A stretch of 64,000 nt of DNA. Origin: Glaucostegus cemiculus (lineage: Eukaryota). Shown here piece by piece: positions 22,620 to 35,100 of this stretch (position 1 is the stretch's first letter; every line of letters starts with the position of its first letter). The DNA lies in NCBI GenBank assembly GCA_976551045.1, contig CDPCPM010000054.1:28334001-28398000 (forward strand). Reading direction: 5' to 3'. The position numbers were made by a program, and so were the translations under genes. The notes below the pieces were generated by a model that made no database searches, had not been told where the DNA came from, and saw only the letters and a program-made list of their open reading frames with translations.

Positions 22620-23520
22620 ACCTATTCAAAAATTGGAGAGAGATGTGCCTGGTAACCAAAAGCTCTAATAATATTCATGGGAAAACAACTAGAAACCATT
22701 GTTAAAGGCAACATTAATTTTCAGCCAGAGAAATATTTATTAATGTCCCCAATTCATATTGAAGTAACCTGATGAAGTTCTTTATGCAGTGACAGAAAGA
22801 ACTGATAGAAATAATGTGTCATTCAAAATATAACATCTAGCAAACTTATTCACAAAATGGAAGCAAATAGGCTCAAAAGAATAATGCTGCAAAGCAGCCT
22901 GAGTGATACAAGGCAAAGGATAGTGGAAAACAAATTAATTTTTTGATTGGAGATAGAAAATAAGGGTTTTCCAGGGAATGATGATTGAACCACTGTTCTC
23001 CTAGTTATATACAGATGATCTGGGTTTAGATATAGGGAATATAATTTTGATGTTTGCAGGTAATACAACATTTGTAAATGTAGCAAATACACAGAGGAAG
23101 GTCATACAAGACCTCAGGAGGACAGGAACAGACTGGCAAAATAGGCAGGTACATTGTAGATGCTCTTTGTATGAGAAGTTGTACTTTGGAAGTAACAACA
23201 TGGAGTATAATTTAAGTAGCACTATTTTGAGCAGGATGCATGAGTAAAGGGACCTTGCATAGGCAGAGAGACACCAAGATAAGTATTAATAAAGCATTAG
23301 AAAACATTTTAGGTAAAATGCTATGGCCTCGGAAAGAGTACAAAGGAGATGTACTGGAAGGAGAAAAACAATGACAAATATGAAAAGACAATGAAGAATC
23401 ACCTTCAAGAAGATTAAGTTAAATGGGAGATGTATTCAGATTAGAAGCTTTGAAAGAGAAATTGAGAAAAGCAATCTTTCCTCTCGCGAGTGTGTTGTTA
23501 ATTTCTGGAAAAAATATCTA
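22620..23520 (+). mobile_element. Highly degraded CR1 LINE; its 3' part resumes at ~24380-24520
   Basis: Remnants of KK..PGN, GKQLETIVK, FAGNTT and LERVQRRCT in CR1 RT order. Confidence 0.6.
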
Positions 23521-23732
23521 AAAATGGAGGGGTGAGGTAGCACAGCAATTAATTTACTGGGCTAACATCTAGAGTTCATCATTCAGAGTTATGCGTTCAA
23601 ATCCTGCCATGGCAGTGAGGCAATTTAAATACAAGGCATGAAGTAAATATGGATCTTACTTTAAAACAATAGTCTCAACAGTGGTAATAATGAAACTACT
23701 GGATTGTCATGAAAACAAACATCTGCTCAAGG

Positions 23733-24260
23733 CAGGCACAGTAGTGTAGCAGTTAGCATAACGCTTTACAGCATCAGCAACCCGGGTTCAATTCCGACCA
23801 CTGTCTGTAAGCATTTATAGGTTCTCCCTGTATCTGCCTGGGTTTCCTCCCACATGCCAAAGACCTTGTGATATATCTAGAATTTTATCTTATTTTATTT
23901 ATAGCGTGGTAACAGGCCCTTTCAGCCCAATGAGTCCGCGCCGCCCATTTTAAACCCCCAAATTAACCTACCCGTATGTCTTTAGAATGTGGGAGGAAAC
24001 CGGAGCACCCGGAGGAAACCCACGCAGACACAGGAGAACGTACAAACTCCTTACAGTCAGCAACAGGAATCGAACCCCGATCGCTGGCGTTATAACGGCA
24101 TCGGGCTAACCGCTACGCTATCGTGCAGGTTAAGAAATTGTGGGCATGCTACGTTGGCATCAGAAGAGTGGCAACACTTGCTGGCTGCCCCAGAACACTA
24201 CGCAAAAAGATGCATTTCACTGTGTATTTCGATGTACATGTGACTAATAAAGATATCTCT
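23733..24260 (+). mobile_element. HE1-like V-SINE with Rex1-type tail, itself interrupted
   Basis: tRNA A/B boxes (GTAGTGTAGCAGTTAGC, GGGTTCAATTCC), V-domain GGTTTCCTCCCACA, and tail TTTCACTGTGTATTTCGATGTACATGTGACTAATAAA. Confidence 0.8.
23890..24126 (-). mobile_element. Young HE1-like V-SINE with CR1-type tail
   Basis: GAATGTGGGAGGAAACCGGAGCACCCGGAGGAAACCCACGCAGACAC on the plus strand; CpG-rich; very similar to the copy at ~50.6 kb. Confidence 0.88.
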
Positions 24261-25184
24261 GATCTATCTCAAGGAAGGAATTTTTGATCCCTGACTACTT
24301 CCTTGTGTTTGAGATAACAATATGCTAGATTTACCAGCAACATCATCATCCTGTGAATGAAGTAAAATGCAAGCAAATTCTGTTGGGAATTCCAAAAGAA
24401 CATTGGATATGAAATAGAGACATATTAATTTTCAGGATGTTGGAGAAAATACTGGCATATGAGGCTAAATTGGGACAATCTGTCAAAGACCTTGCATTGG
24501 AATAATGAGCTGATAATTCCATGAACAGTTAGCCAGCAACCTTTGATTAGCTGCTGCCACCTGTAACTCCGGCTCTTCCTAATATGTCATGCACTGTATA
24601 GTAGGAGTGCAAACAATCAGGCAAATTATTTGGTCGTTAAATGATATAAAGTCATTCCTGCACTGATGTACGGAGTACCTGAACTGTGTGAGATACAGAA
24701 TCCAATGCTCTACTATTGATTTTATTCTATGGCATATATCAGGAATGCATAGCCCAATGTATATTGATGGAGAACGTACATTGACATGTAATGTGTACCT
24801 TGAATGAAGTTGTGGCTACATTATTCCCAAACTATTTTAACACTTGATGAAAGCTGAATCTACTCTCCCAGAAAATCCACCATTTATATCATAAGAGCTC
24901 TGGACATTTTTAAGGCTTGTAGAAATAAGAAACAACTTGTTTTCCATGTAGGAAAAGAGAAAATGGTTGAGTACATAATATTTTAATGACCAGAAGCTTT
25001 GCGTGGATTATCATCTTTGAATTAAGTAATTGTAAAAATCTCTTCTCACCTGTGCAATTATGAAAGGATTGTGGAATCTGCCTTTCAGCTTCTTCAAGCA
25101 AGAAATCCCATTCTTGCCATCCCACATTTATGGGCTTTCATTTGGTTCATAATCACATCTAACTTGATGAAGGATATTTGTCGT

Positions 25185-25290
25185 AAGTGGACAAATGGGA
25201 TTAGTATAGATGGACAATTAGGTAGGCATGGGTTTTGTGGGCCAAAGGGCCTGTTTCTGCACTGTATAATTCAATGAATCTATGACTATG
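25185..25290 (+). mobile_element. Short CR1 3'UTR fragment
   Basis: AAATGGGATTAGTATAGATGG..GTGGGCCAAAGGGCCTGTTTCTGCACTGTATAATTC. Confidence 0.7.
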
Positions 25291-25994
25291 ACACTGGAGA
25301 AAGAATAACTGAGCAAAACACTTAGGGTTAAACTACACTAAGGGAGAAGGCCACCAAGGGAACCTCCTTCCACTGGAGTCTCTGAGTTGTTTCTCATTAA
25401 TGTGATGAACACCATTCAGAAACAGTAGTCAAATTTGCAGATAACAACAAATCGAAAGGGGCATCTTAGAACTTAAAAACTGAATTAGATAAGATATACA
25501 AGCAATTGGGTCAAATGAATCGGAAATTTAGTAGAATCCTGTCCAAAGTGAAACACGTGGTAAGTAAAATAATGAATAGTAATTAGGAAAAAATTGAAAG
25601 AGACCCAAGATTTTGAGTAATTATGACCAATCCTATCAATGAGATTGATGATCTTTCATCAGCCTGAAACATTAACTTTATTTTTCTCTTCAAAGATGCA
25701 TCATTCAAATTTTTTTTTTAAATTTGTTACTTACTTCTCATTGCAACATGTGCTGATTTCAGTTTGTTCAGTCAATGAATCAATTGACTGTTTGGTGAGT
25801 TCAGCCAAATGCAATGTTAACTATTTTATATGAAATTTGCAAGTATAATTTTAATGGCAGTGAAATGTAATTTTGCGATCAAATGGGAAACTAAAAAAAT
25901 GAGACAGAGAAAAGTTTAGCAATTGAGCATTACTGCCTGCTTACTCACAATCATGGAACAAACCTACTGGAGGTATGTAAAATGAGCCATAAAG

Positions 25995-26130
25995 CTTTTT
26001 TTTAAAATCCAAAACAAATTTTATTCATCATGAAAAAAACTATATACAACAATAAAACAGTGCAAACCTTTACATTTATAATCTTTTTATATATAAAAAA
26101 TACAGCACTGATGCCACTCATGTGGCTCTG
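25995..26130 (-). mobile_element. L1/Tx1 3' tail fragment
   Basis: TTTATTCATC..TATATACAA..CAGCACTGATGCCACTCATGTG, similar to 15690-15830. Confidence 0.6.
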
Positions 26131-26719
26131 CTTTGGTATTTCTTCGACAGCGCCATAAAGCTTCTTTTTCCCAGAGCAACCTCTCAGGGTTGTACGCTCC
26201 TTTTACATGCTAGTAATTACTCATTTTTGTGGGGAGTCATCAGCTGTACTCAGTTAAGTTGTGGTTGTGTAAACAGTGCAAATATTTCGGCTGCCAACTT
26301 GCTCTGGATCAAAATTTCCTGCCTCCAGGGCACAATTTAATCTTACAAACACTTGTTGCCCCCCAGTTGAACTGCTCAGCCAGAGCCAATTGCATTCACT
26401 GTGCTGAATATTGATTTCTAGTTCAGTAGTGTTAGTCTATATATCTGGAGATGGGAAAAGGGTTATTAACATTCAATTTCAGTAAATGATTATCAGGATA
26501 AACATCCGAAATATTCTAAAGTCAGTTTGTTTTTATTCAAAGGTTGCCTCATAAAATACATTAAAATTTAATTTAAAACTCATCCATCTACTCTATTTTC
26601 TGATATAAGCGCCCTTTCCTCACTGACTGCTGCCTCTAACTTTTCCTGTCTTGCCCTGTTCCCCTCCCCATCCCCTCCCATCCCCACTGACAATGAAATA
26701 ACACAAGAGCAATACTGAG

Positions 26720-27530
26720 ACTCCTTTTAAATTAATTCTTTGGATATGGAAGTCACTGGGAGGACTGCCAATCCCTTATTGCTCTGAAAAATGCTGAAAC
26801 AGCCAAAAGGTGCTCCCACAATATAGGAAAAGTGCTCCAGGGCTTAAAGTGTAAATTATAATAAATGGACATAGAAATTTTGAGTTTAGAAGATGGATGG
26901 GATCAAATTTGGATCCTGGTTTTGGTATAAGTTTCCAATAGCATAGAATACAGAATGAGAGAATGTAGAAAAAAAGGATCTTACTATAAACTTAGACTTA
27001 ATTCTTTTAGAAGTGAAATCAAGGAGCAGTGTTTCTATGCACTGATTAGTGGAAAACAAAAATAACAGTGGAAGTAGGGAGACCTTAAATGTTCAAGGCT
27101 GGGCTCTATAGTTTTAGTCACTTGCAGATGTCAAGGGCTATGGGGTTAAAATAGGTGAGTTAAGCTGAGGTACAGATTCACACAAAGTGTCATTAATATA
27201 TTGGTCATGATGGTGTGGGAACAAATATCCCATTCCTGTTTCTGTGTTCCAAGATTTTGACCCATGACATTAATGGAATGATAATGTATGTCCAAGCCAA
27301 GACAATATCAATTATTGTCTCATGTTTCCCATTTACCTCAAACAGCTTTCTCATTCTGGTTGGTGAAAATTGTAGGTTTGGGAAATGTTGCTGCAGACAC
27401 CTTGGTAACTTGTTGTTGATTCTGGAGGCAGTGCACATTGTAACTACTCTGTGCATTGGTGGAGGATGGATGGTTAGATAGGTAGATGAGGGACAATTAA
27501 GCTGACTCCAGGGTAATTATGAGTTTCCCT
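26720..27530 (-). mobile_element. LINE 3' remnant interrupted by a degraded plus-strand CR1 (~26830-27200)
   Basis: GGTGCTCCCACAAT...GTTCCAAGATTTTGACCCA..AATGGAATGATAATGTATGTCCAAG matches the 3' end of the LINE family also seen at ~52.8 kb. Confidence 0.5.
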
Positions 27531-28079
27531 AACATCTTTGCTCATTACTTGGAAAAAAGGTTATGTTCAGATGTTGTCTGACCTGCTGAGTTTTCCTAGC
27601 ACTGCTGTTCTCATGATGTTGATGGTGGACAACTGGTCAAGGTAAAATCTGGATCTGAACGGAAAGTTAGGCTCCCTCTTGTCTTGCCACAAAGTTTTTC
27701 ACTGTATCTCGGTACATGTGACAAGAGTAAAACAATTACCAATTACCATATTGGTTGTTTCTCCTTAATTTAGTGATCCCAGCTAGAATACACCAACCTC
27801 TCTTTGGTACAGAAATATATTTATGAAGACTATTTTGTTTAAGGCTAGGCAATGGTTGTTGGAAGGCCATTTATTTATGGAATAAAACAGGAAATTCTTC
27901 AAATATTCAATGTCATCATAGCTGGGGAGATGCCTGATTTCAAGTCCTTGACCTGAAACATTGTTAATTTCTCCACATATACAGCCAGTCTCACTGAATA
28001 TTCTGAGTATTTCCTGCCTTTATTTCATATTTTCAGCATCTGCTGTGTTTTATTTCTATATTTATTTGTGGGGTTAGAA

Positions 28080-29190
28080 CATTAATCATTAAATCATTGA
28101 ATCACACCCATTTGGCCAATTGGGCTCTTGCTATTTTGATGCCTTCCATTTCCCAGCTCATGATCTCAGGTTACCATTGTTATCATTCATCAGCTACTCT
28201 GACCAATTAATGTCTTTAGCAATAAAAAAAATCCTTCCCATTCCTCCTCTCTTAGCCTTCATAATATATGTCTCAATTCAAACCCTCCTCAGTCCCCTCT
28301 GTTCCAAAGAAAACAAGCCAAACCCAGTCAACCTCATCTCATGCCTAAAATTCTCTAGCCTCAATTACATCTTTACATTGCCCCCACACCTTCTCCAAGT
28401 CTGTTTTGTAGTTCATGTAAATCAGTGACCAAACTATAAACAGTGCACCAGTTGCAGGCTGAATATTTTAAAAAGTCTTTGATAACGTTTCCACTCTTAA
28501 ATCATATGCCTCAACCAAGAACATGTTCTGTATGCCCTCTTGACCACCTTCTCTCACTGTGCTGCTGCCTTCCGGGTGTGCATTCCAAAATCCTTCTGTT
28601 TTTCCACTCTTCTTGACATCTTTCCATTTATTTTGTCTTCGCTTAGTTTGGTTGTCCTGACTAAAACTGCTGCCAAAAACTTCTCTAGATTGAAATATAT
28701 TTTCTTAATTTATTAATTTTTCATATGCCAAAGCCAGTACCCATTACCCATCATCAATTTTTTACCCTTAACTACCTGGCTTGCTAGTCCATTTCAGAAG
28801 GGAACTGAGAGTCAACTACATCAGTGTATCCAGAGTCAGATATGGCCAGACTAGGCAAGGATGGCAGATTTCCTTCCCAGAAGGACAATTGTCAACTCGA
28901 TAGCCTTTGTTACAATTTGGTAGTTGTATGGTTGTTAAGGCTGCAAATTATTTTTTAAATACCAAACTTGAACTGAATTTAACTTAATTATTGGCATTTG
29001 GACTTCGATCTCTTCATTGTTAGTCCAGACTGCACCATGACTTTACTATTTTTGCTACTTTTTTGCCCACAGGTCTGCTGATAATTTCCTATAGATTACA
29101 GATGTGTTCTTCATTATCAAGCACACTGCCAGTTTTGCTGTCATCTAAAAATTCTCAGTTGTGGCTCCTAGATTCATGTCCAGATCATCA
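28080..29190 (-). mobile_element. Degraded CR1 LINE interrupted by a SINE
   Basis: CCCCTCAGTCCCCTCTGTTCCAAAGAAAACAAGCCAAACC and AGTTTTGCTGTCATCT are antisense CR1 ORF2 motifs. Confidence 0.6.
28770..29040 (-). mobile_element. tRNA-derived SINE (second family)
   Basis: GGCTTGCTAGTCCATTTCAGAAGGGAACTGAGAGTCAACTACATC..GGCAGATTTCCTTCCC. Confidence 0.65.
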
Positions 29191-32100
29191 AACTTAGGTC
29201 TACCCTCATCTATTAATCTTTGTAGCTGATTTTCCACCTCTCCTCAGTTCAGGATAATATGGAATTTGTTAATAGCTTCAGCAAGGATTAATTATCTTTA
29301 TCCAGATTAATCTGCAGACCAAAGCATGTCGTGATATCAACCATTTTCACAGAAAAGGCAAAGGAAAAAGGGAATATGATCTCAAAATGACAACATATCC
29401 AAATGACTCTACTCCATCAAAAAATCAACACATACAGCAGAGATAGTATTTAAAAATCTTATATTTAAAGGATGATCATGTTTGTTGACCCACTTGCCCT
29501 CCAGAAATATCACAAGTTTATAAAGGAATTCAGTGTCCATCACAAAATGCTTTGCAAACTATTTTTGAGAATAATTGGTGTGGTGATAAAAAGTTAAAAC
29601 AGAGTGTTGCATTGAATGGCTGTTCTCCCTATTACTTTCCAACCAGGCAAAGTCTCTTGCAAGACCCAGTGCATTCCAACTTAACATTTGTTGTCACCAG
29701 TAAGGGTATATACAGTTCATCTACATTGTCTGCAAATGATTGAGCTCATTTCTGGAATCTAACAAAGGGAACATACTACTTAGTGCTCACTTAAATTGCA
29801 TGAATAGCTTTGCTGTTAAAATTATGTATTTACTTTAGCCCATATCCTCCCAGTAGTGGCTGGCGGAAAAATCCACAATTTCCCAATGCAGGTTTACTCC
29901 TTCCCTTTAAAAGGTCTAAGTGTGGTTTCATTAACAGCATCTAGTTTGACAACTGGAGGACAATTAAAGCTTATTACTTTAATTGGACACTAACCATAAA
30001 GATTATCACAGTCTTTCTCATTTAATGGACCTTTGCAATAGTATGTTAACAGGAAATGTCACCTCACCTTTATATAGTGTGGCAATATTTGGTTCTTATT
30101 TGTGTTGCATTGTTGCATTCAGAATTGTTTCATTAGTGTGTTCCAATTGTCTCATTGTCACTCTGTGTGAGCCACAGCAACCAATGTTAATGCAGACAAG
30201 ATAGGACAACTTCTCCATCCAGTCTAGTCTTTTCATGGAGATAAAGCATTTGGACAATGTGAAAAATTCAATGCATTGATTGTCCATATCTTCACAAATG
30301 TCCCTTGTATTAGGACAGTCACAGTCTGAAGTTAGGTTCTTAGTTAAGAATACCTTTTTGTTCTCAAGTATTATGATACCATTTAATATAGGTGGCAAAG
30401 AACAAGGCTGCTGAAGACGCCGATTGGCCAATGGAGGTTGTCAGTTATTGAAGCACAAAAAAAAGGATTAATTGTACTAATAAGGTAGGAACCAGGGAAC
30501 AAACATCTAATACTCCATTGAGCAGTCTTACTTCAGCGGGCTCGACTGACATTCATTTGAACTTCTGCAGTCAGGCGCGTGGCTAAGTTGCAGCCTGCAA
30601 GGACAAGGGGCATTTTTATGGTGGCTTTACTGGTGAGAAATTGCTTGATGCATCGTAGTGTTGACTTGGAAGAGTGCATCTCGGTATTTGTTGAGTGAGA
30701 TGGGTGGGGAATTACTGGAGGCTGGCGTGAAATAATGGGGAGATGCGCGCTCTGTTGATGAAGAACACTTGCAGCAGTTCTGTCACCATTTCATGCCAAC
30801 ATGGAACGGCTATTTAAGCCTCCGCACAACACTGAAACTGTCGCAGGTCCTGGGATCCGATCTCCCAACCAATGTCAGCTGGTGTGAATGATGGATACGG
30901 CTCTGATAGGCTCTCTTGTGGGTTGACAGGGGAGAAAGTTCCTGATTCCCGCAAGCACTCTAATCCCAACAGGACCGCAGCCAAGGCCTCCCGTCACATT
31001 GTTATTACGTTCAAGTATGCTGACGTACTCCAGAGCGGCTGTGCATTTTTTGAGAAGTTTGAAAACATGAAAATAAATTCATTCTGCTCCAGGCAGAGAA
31101 ACAATTACTGCCACTTTGACAAAATTAAGGGAAAAATCGAAAAGCCACCGCTGAGGCAGAATTGTTAATTAATAACAGCCTTGGTCCTACAATAACACAC
31201 TGCCTTTTTCGTTTCTATTTATTTTCAGCCATGACTTTCCAGACTCGCTGGCAGACCCGTTTGATGACTGCCACTTGATTTATTGGAACTTCAGATTTCC
31301 AAAGGGAAGAAAAATTCCAATCAGGCCAACTTTGTGAAAGAACGGAGAAGGAAGCCGCGGCCCGTTCCGAACTAGGGAGATGCCTCGGTTACTTTTAGTG
31401 GCATCGGTGTTGGTGCCACTGAGGGATGGTTGAAAAGAAAGACGGCAGTTCTATCCTCCTGTGATTTAGACCAAAAACAAAAGAAATCAGTTGGTTTTCT
31501 ACAAAAAAAATCCCTTCTTGTCTTCTGTTGTTCTTTTAGAATATTACGTAGACTAGTTATAGTTAAATACGCTACCATATTATCTTGAACCAATTTTCAT
31601 TATACGGGGTTATTCGTCCATTATAATTGAAGGTTCCTTCGGGCGCTTTCAGTGTGGGTGATATATTCTTATGACAAGTAGCTGACCTGGCTGCATAGGT
31701 ATGAGCTAAATGGTTATAGTTAGCTGCAGCACTTGAACGTGTCCTTCTTGTAATTTGGATCTGTGATCGGCCTCTTCATGTGGGCATTTCGGAAATGGGT
31801 CACTCGCCGACAATGAGCACGAGCATATTTTACCAGTATAATGCAGCGGTTAAAGCAACTCGTTTTAATGATGAGAAAACAGTAATCCGCCAGTCTGGGT
31901 TAATTTTAGAAGCGTTGTTGTGTTTCCTGTTGATAGTCTCTTCTATACGTTTCCTCCATAATTTCTTTTCTTGATTAAAACGGGAAGGTTTACAGCAGCC
32001 TTTGCAATGACCTTTTATTAAACTGCTCGTTATTTGCGTCCAGACGCTGGGGATGAAATCGCTGCTTTAAACAAATAAACCCCGCTTCATCTAGAGCGCT

Positions 32101-35100
32101 GCTTTTAGAGCGCAATAAGAAAATAATTTTCGGCTGTCAAGCAAGAAGCGGCTGGAAAGCAGAAAGACAAATATTATTTTTACTACATTGTGTGAAATAC
32201 GGTTTAGGCGGATCTGTCAATGTGTGTATTTGAAGACTGTTGTGGTAGTGCTCTGAACTCCCAGGGGCCAGATTGAAATTGTTCTTTGTCTTCATAAACT
32301 TATCATGAGGTACCGTAGCAGCTTTAGACTGTTGACTTTGAAAATGAGAAAGCCAGAAAGTTATACAGACTGGTTACTTTGCTTTAAAATATTTGTCTTT
32401 GACTTTTCTCGCTATTTGCACTCCAGTCATTACATTCAGTTCACACTTTAATTCGTTAATATACTTCATGAATTTTCCCATGATTTTTGCCAGCGTCCGA
32501 TGTTATGCTTTCTTGTTTATCTGCGTTCTTTCTCTGCAGGACCCGAGATTGGCTGATAGTTTTTGCTGGATTTCAGCGAGATTCTAATTTCCGCAGTTCC
32601 ATTGAGTGGTCGCGCAGACCAGTTACAATTGATTTTTCTTGCTACATGCAGAAACACGGGTGGTCTGGAAAGATGGTGATCTTTAAAGTCACTGTTTTGT
32701 AAATATTCGACATGTGGATCATTATATTCATTCATGTTTTCTTAATTTTTATAGGTATAGTATCGCCCTGGGAAGCCAAGAATGAAGATAATTTTGCACA
32801 GCTCCGGTAATAAGGACTTTCAGAATAACTGGAACCTGTTAAAATGTGTGCAATTTTGCACTATACCTCGTCTTCCTCGCTATAGTCTGAAAATAAATGA
32901 AGGTGAAAAACCTACCTGCATTTCATAGAATTTCCCAACAGATATTTCCTTGCTTCCTGTTTACATTTGTGTATGGAGTTTACCTATGTATTTCATTCAT
33001 CAGTCATCAACGATCACGTCCATGTGTTATTTACACGACCTTCTGTACACATATGTTAAAAAAAGACAGATTAATATTTTGATTTACTTGACATATCTCT
33101 GTGCCTATATGTGTTCACAGGGCTTTTCAATTATTTCTTTTTTTTTCCTTTTAACTATTTGTATGTACTAATGCATATTCTTTTAATATATAATTTATTA
33201 ACATGTATAATATTTATCAAACGAATATGATTATGTTGACATATTTAACATTGTACTAGCTTATGTTATTTCTGTAAGTAATGTGTGTATGCGTGCGTGT
33301 GAATATATTTGTCTTTATTATTTAACATTTTATATTTTTCTTTAAAGGTCTGTTTATTTGGTCTACTGCTGAGCTGCCACCCTGGCCTTAGGTTGCAGGG
33401 GTTGTTTCATACTCACGGCTCAACTGGATAAAGAAGTTTAATAAAAGCAAATCCTATTTGTTTTTCCAAAAACTGAAATAAAAATGGAAATAGCTGCTCG
33501 TAATAATGATTAACACATGATTTATCGATTTAGGTTTGGATTACAGGTTTCAGAATTTATGTTTATTTTACAGTTTTATGAACTTTTCTGCTGGGACCAC
33601 ACAAGTGAAACTCGCAGCCAGTGCTAATGGGAAAAGATCTGCTTTCCCCTGTGACATGGGCAGTGTGAAAAAGGATACTTTATTGTGCTTAACTGAGATA
33701 ATTTCGCCTCTCTGGGAATTACAAACCTTACCAGTCAGCCATTTACAGCAAAAGGGGATGGGAAAATCATTCCCCTGGTGTAAAGTTGCAACGCGAAGTA
33801 ATTTGTAAATCTTGTCATTTCCAGATTCCAGTATCTTCGGTAAAGACCAAATCGGCAAGAAATGTAATGTTTCTTCAATTCTTCACTGGTTCTGGGCGCT
33901 CATTCCCAGGCATTTGTTTTTAAAAATCACAGCCACTAACAGAAGCACTTACTATGGTCAGGTTTTTACTTGCAACGACGGGGTGAGGTGTTAAACAATT
34001 CAAATGCCGTTATTCATAATTCGCACTGACCATTTAATAACTCTATTTGTGACAGTCTGTAGTTCCTGCTCGACTTTGTTTCTTTCTCTGTAGATGATAT
34101 TCGCCGCTGTACATAAATTCTGAAGTTTCACAAATCCTGAAAGTGCGTCAGCTAGATGGCAAAATGGAGCCTCGCTTGAAAACAAGCATTGACTAAATTT
34201 GTACTTTAGCCTCCGTATGAAAACAGAACAAATTTATACTTTCCTTCCTTTAGTCCAGGATTGCCTAGCAGCTGTTCTAACTCAGCTGAGTGAAGCGAAC
34301 CCCCATGGCTTAATTTCTTGTTTAACTTCCATTCGGAAACCAGATATCAACCCCCTCCCTCCGGTATACAGGCCAGGATTGAATGAGCGTTGGGCTTTTT
34401 TTCTTATGGGACTGAACTCCACTCACTAAGATATTCTCCTGCGATGCACATTGAGTCAATTTAAACTGGCAAAAACTGCTCTTCTGAACTTGACCGTACA
34501 GTCAGTGGAAACGTTACACAGCGGGCAACCTGCCTGCTCGACCGGGGTAGCTCCACTTGCACTTTCATCTCTAATGAGATCCTTACACGGGATTAAACAT
34601 ATAATTTGAGTTTAAACATTACAATTTGAAAAAAAATTGGAAGTCGTTTTAATCGTTTAAGCAATCGTTAAATGGGATATCAGCAATTCATTTCATTGCT
34701 ATTTTCTTAATTCACGTTTCTCAAACACGCCCTAACTAAAACTTCCCCAATGCACTAAATTCGACTTTTTTATTATAGATTATTTATATAGAAAAGCTTT
34801 ACATGCCCACCAGGGATAGGTGTTTTCAAGCGATTGGCCTCTTATTCTGGTGAGGGATATGTAAGAGTAGTCACGGAACTAAGTGTTTGCCATCGCAGGG
34901 TGTAATTGAATAATGTTTGTCTCAATTATCTTCGATTTTAACTTTAAAAAGTAAAAGATTACTGTTCATAGATTTTATTTCGTGAGATCCATATGGTACA
35001 TGCTATATAAGGTGAAAGTTGTTCATGGGAGGTATATATCTGAGCGAAGTCCTGAACAATCATTGCGTTAAAAAGTGTATTTTGTAGATACTCATGTCAC

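Larger units (their letters stand above)
23530..24360 (+). mobile_element. tRNA-derived SINE (second family) split by V-SINE insertions
   Basis: GTTCAAATCCTGCCATGGCAG..GGTAATAATGAAACTACTGGATTGTC lies before the inserts; AAGGAAGGAA..CCAGCAACATCATCATCCTGTGAATGAA lies after them. Confidence 0.6.

Noticed and set aside
31340-31510. Possible decayed homeobox (RRRKPRPVP ... LDQKQ..WF at near-homeodomain spacing)
   Set aside because: It needs several frameshifts, and helix-1 residues and WFQNRR are not recoverable. Not supportable without an HMM hit.
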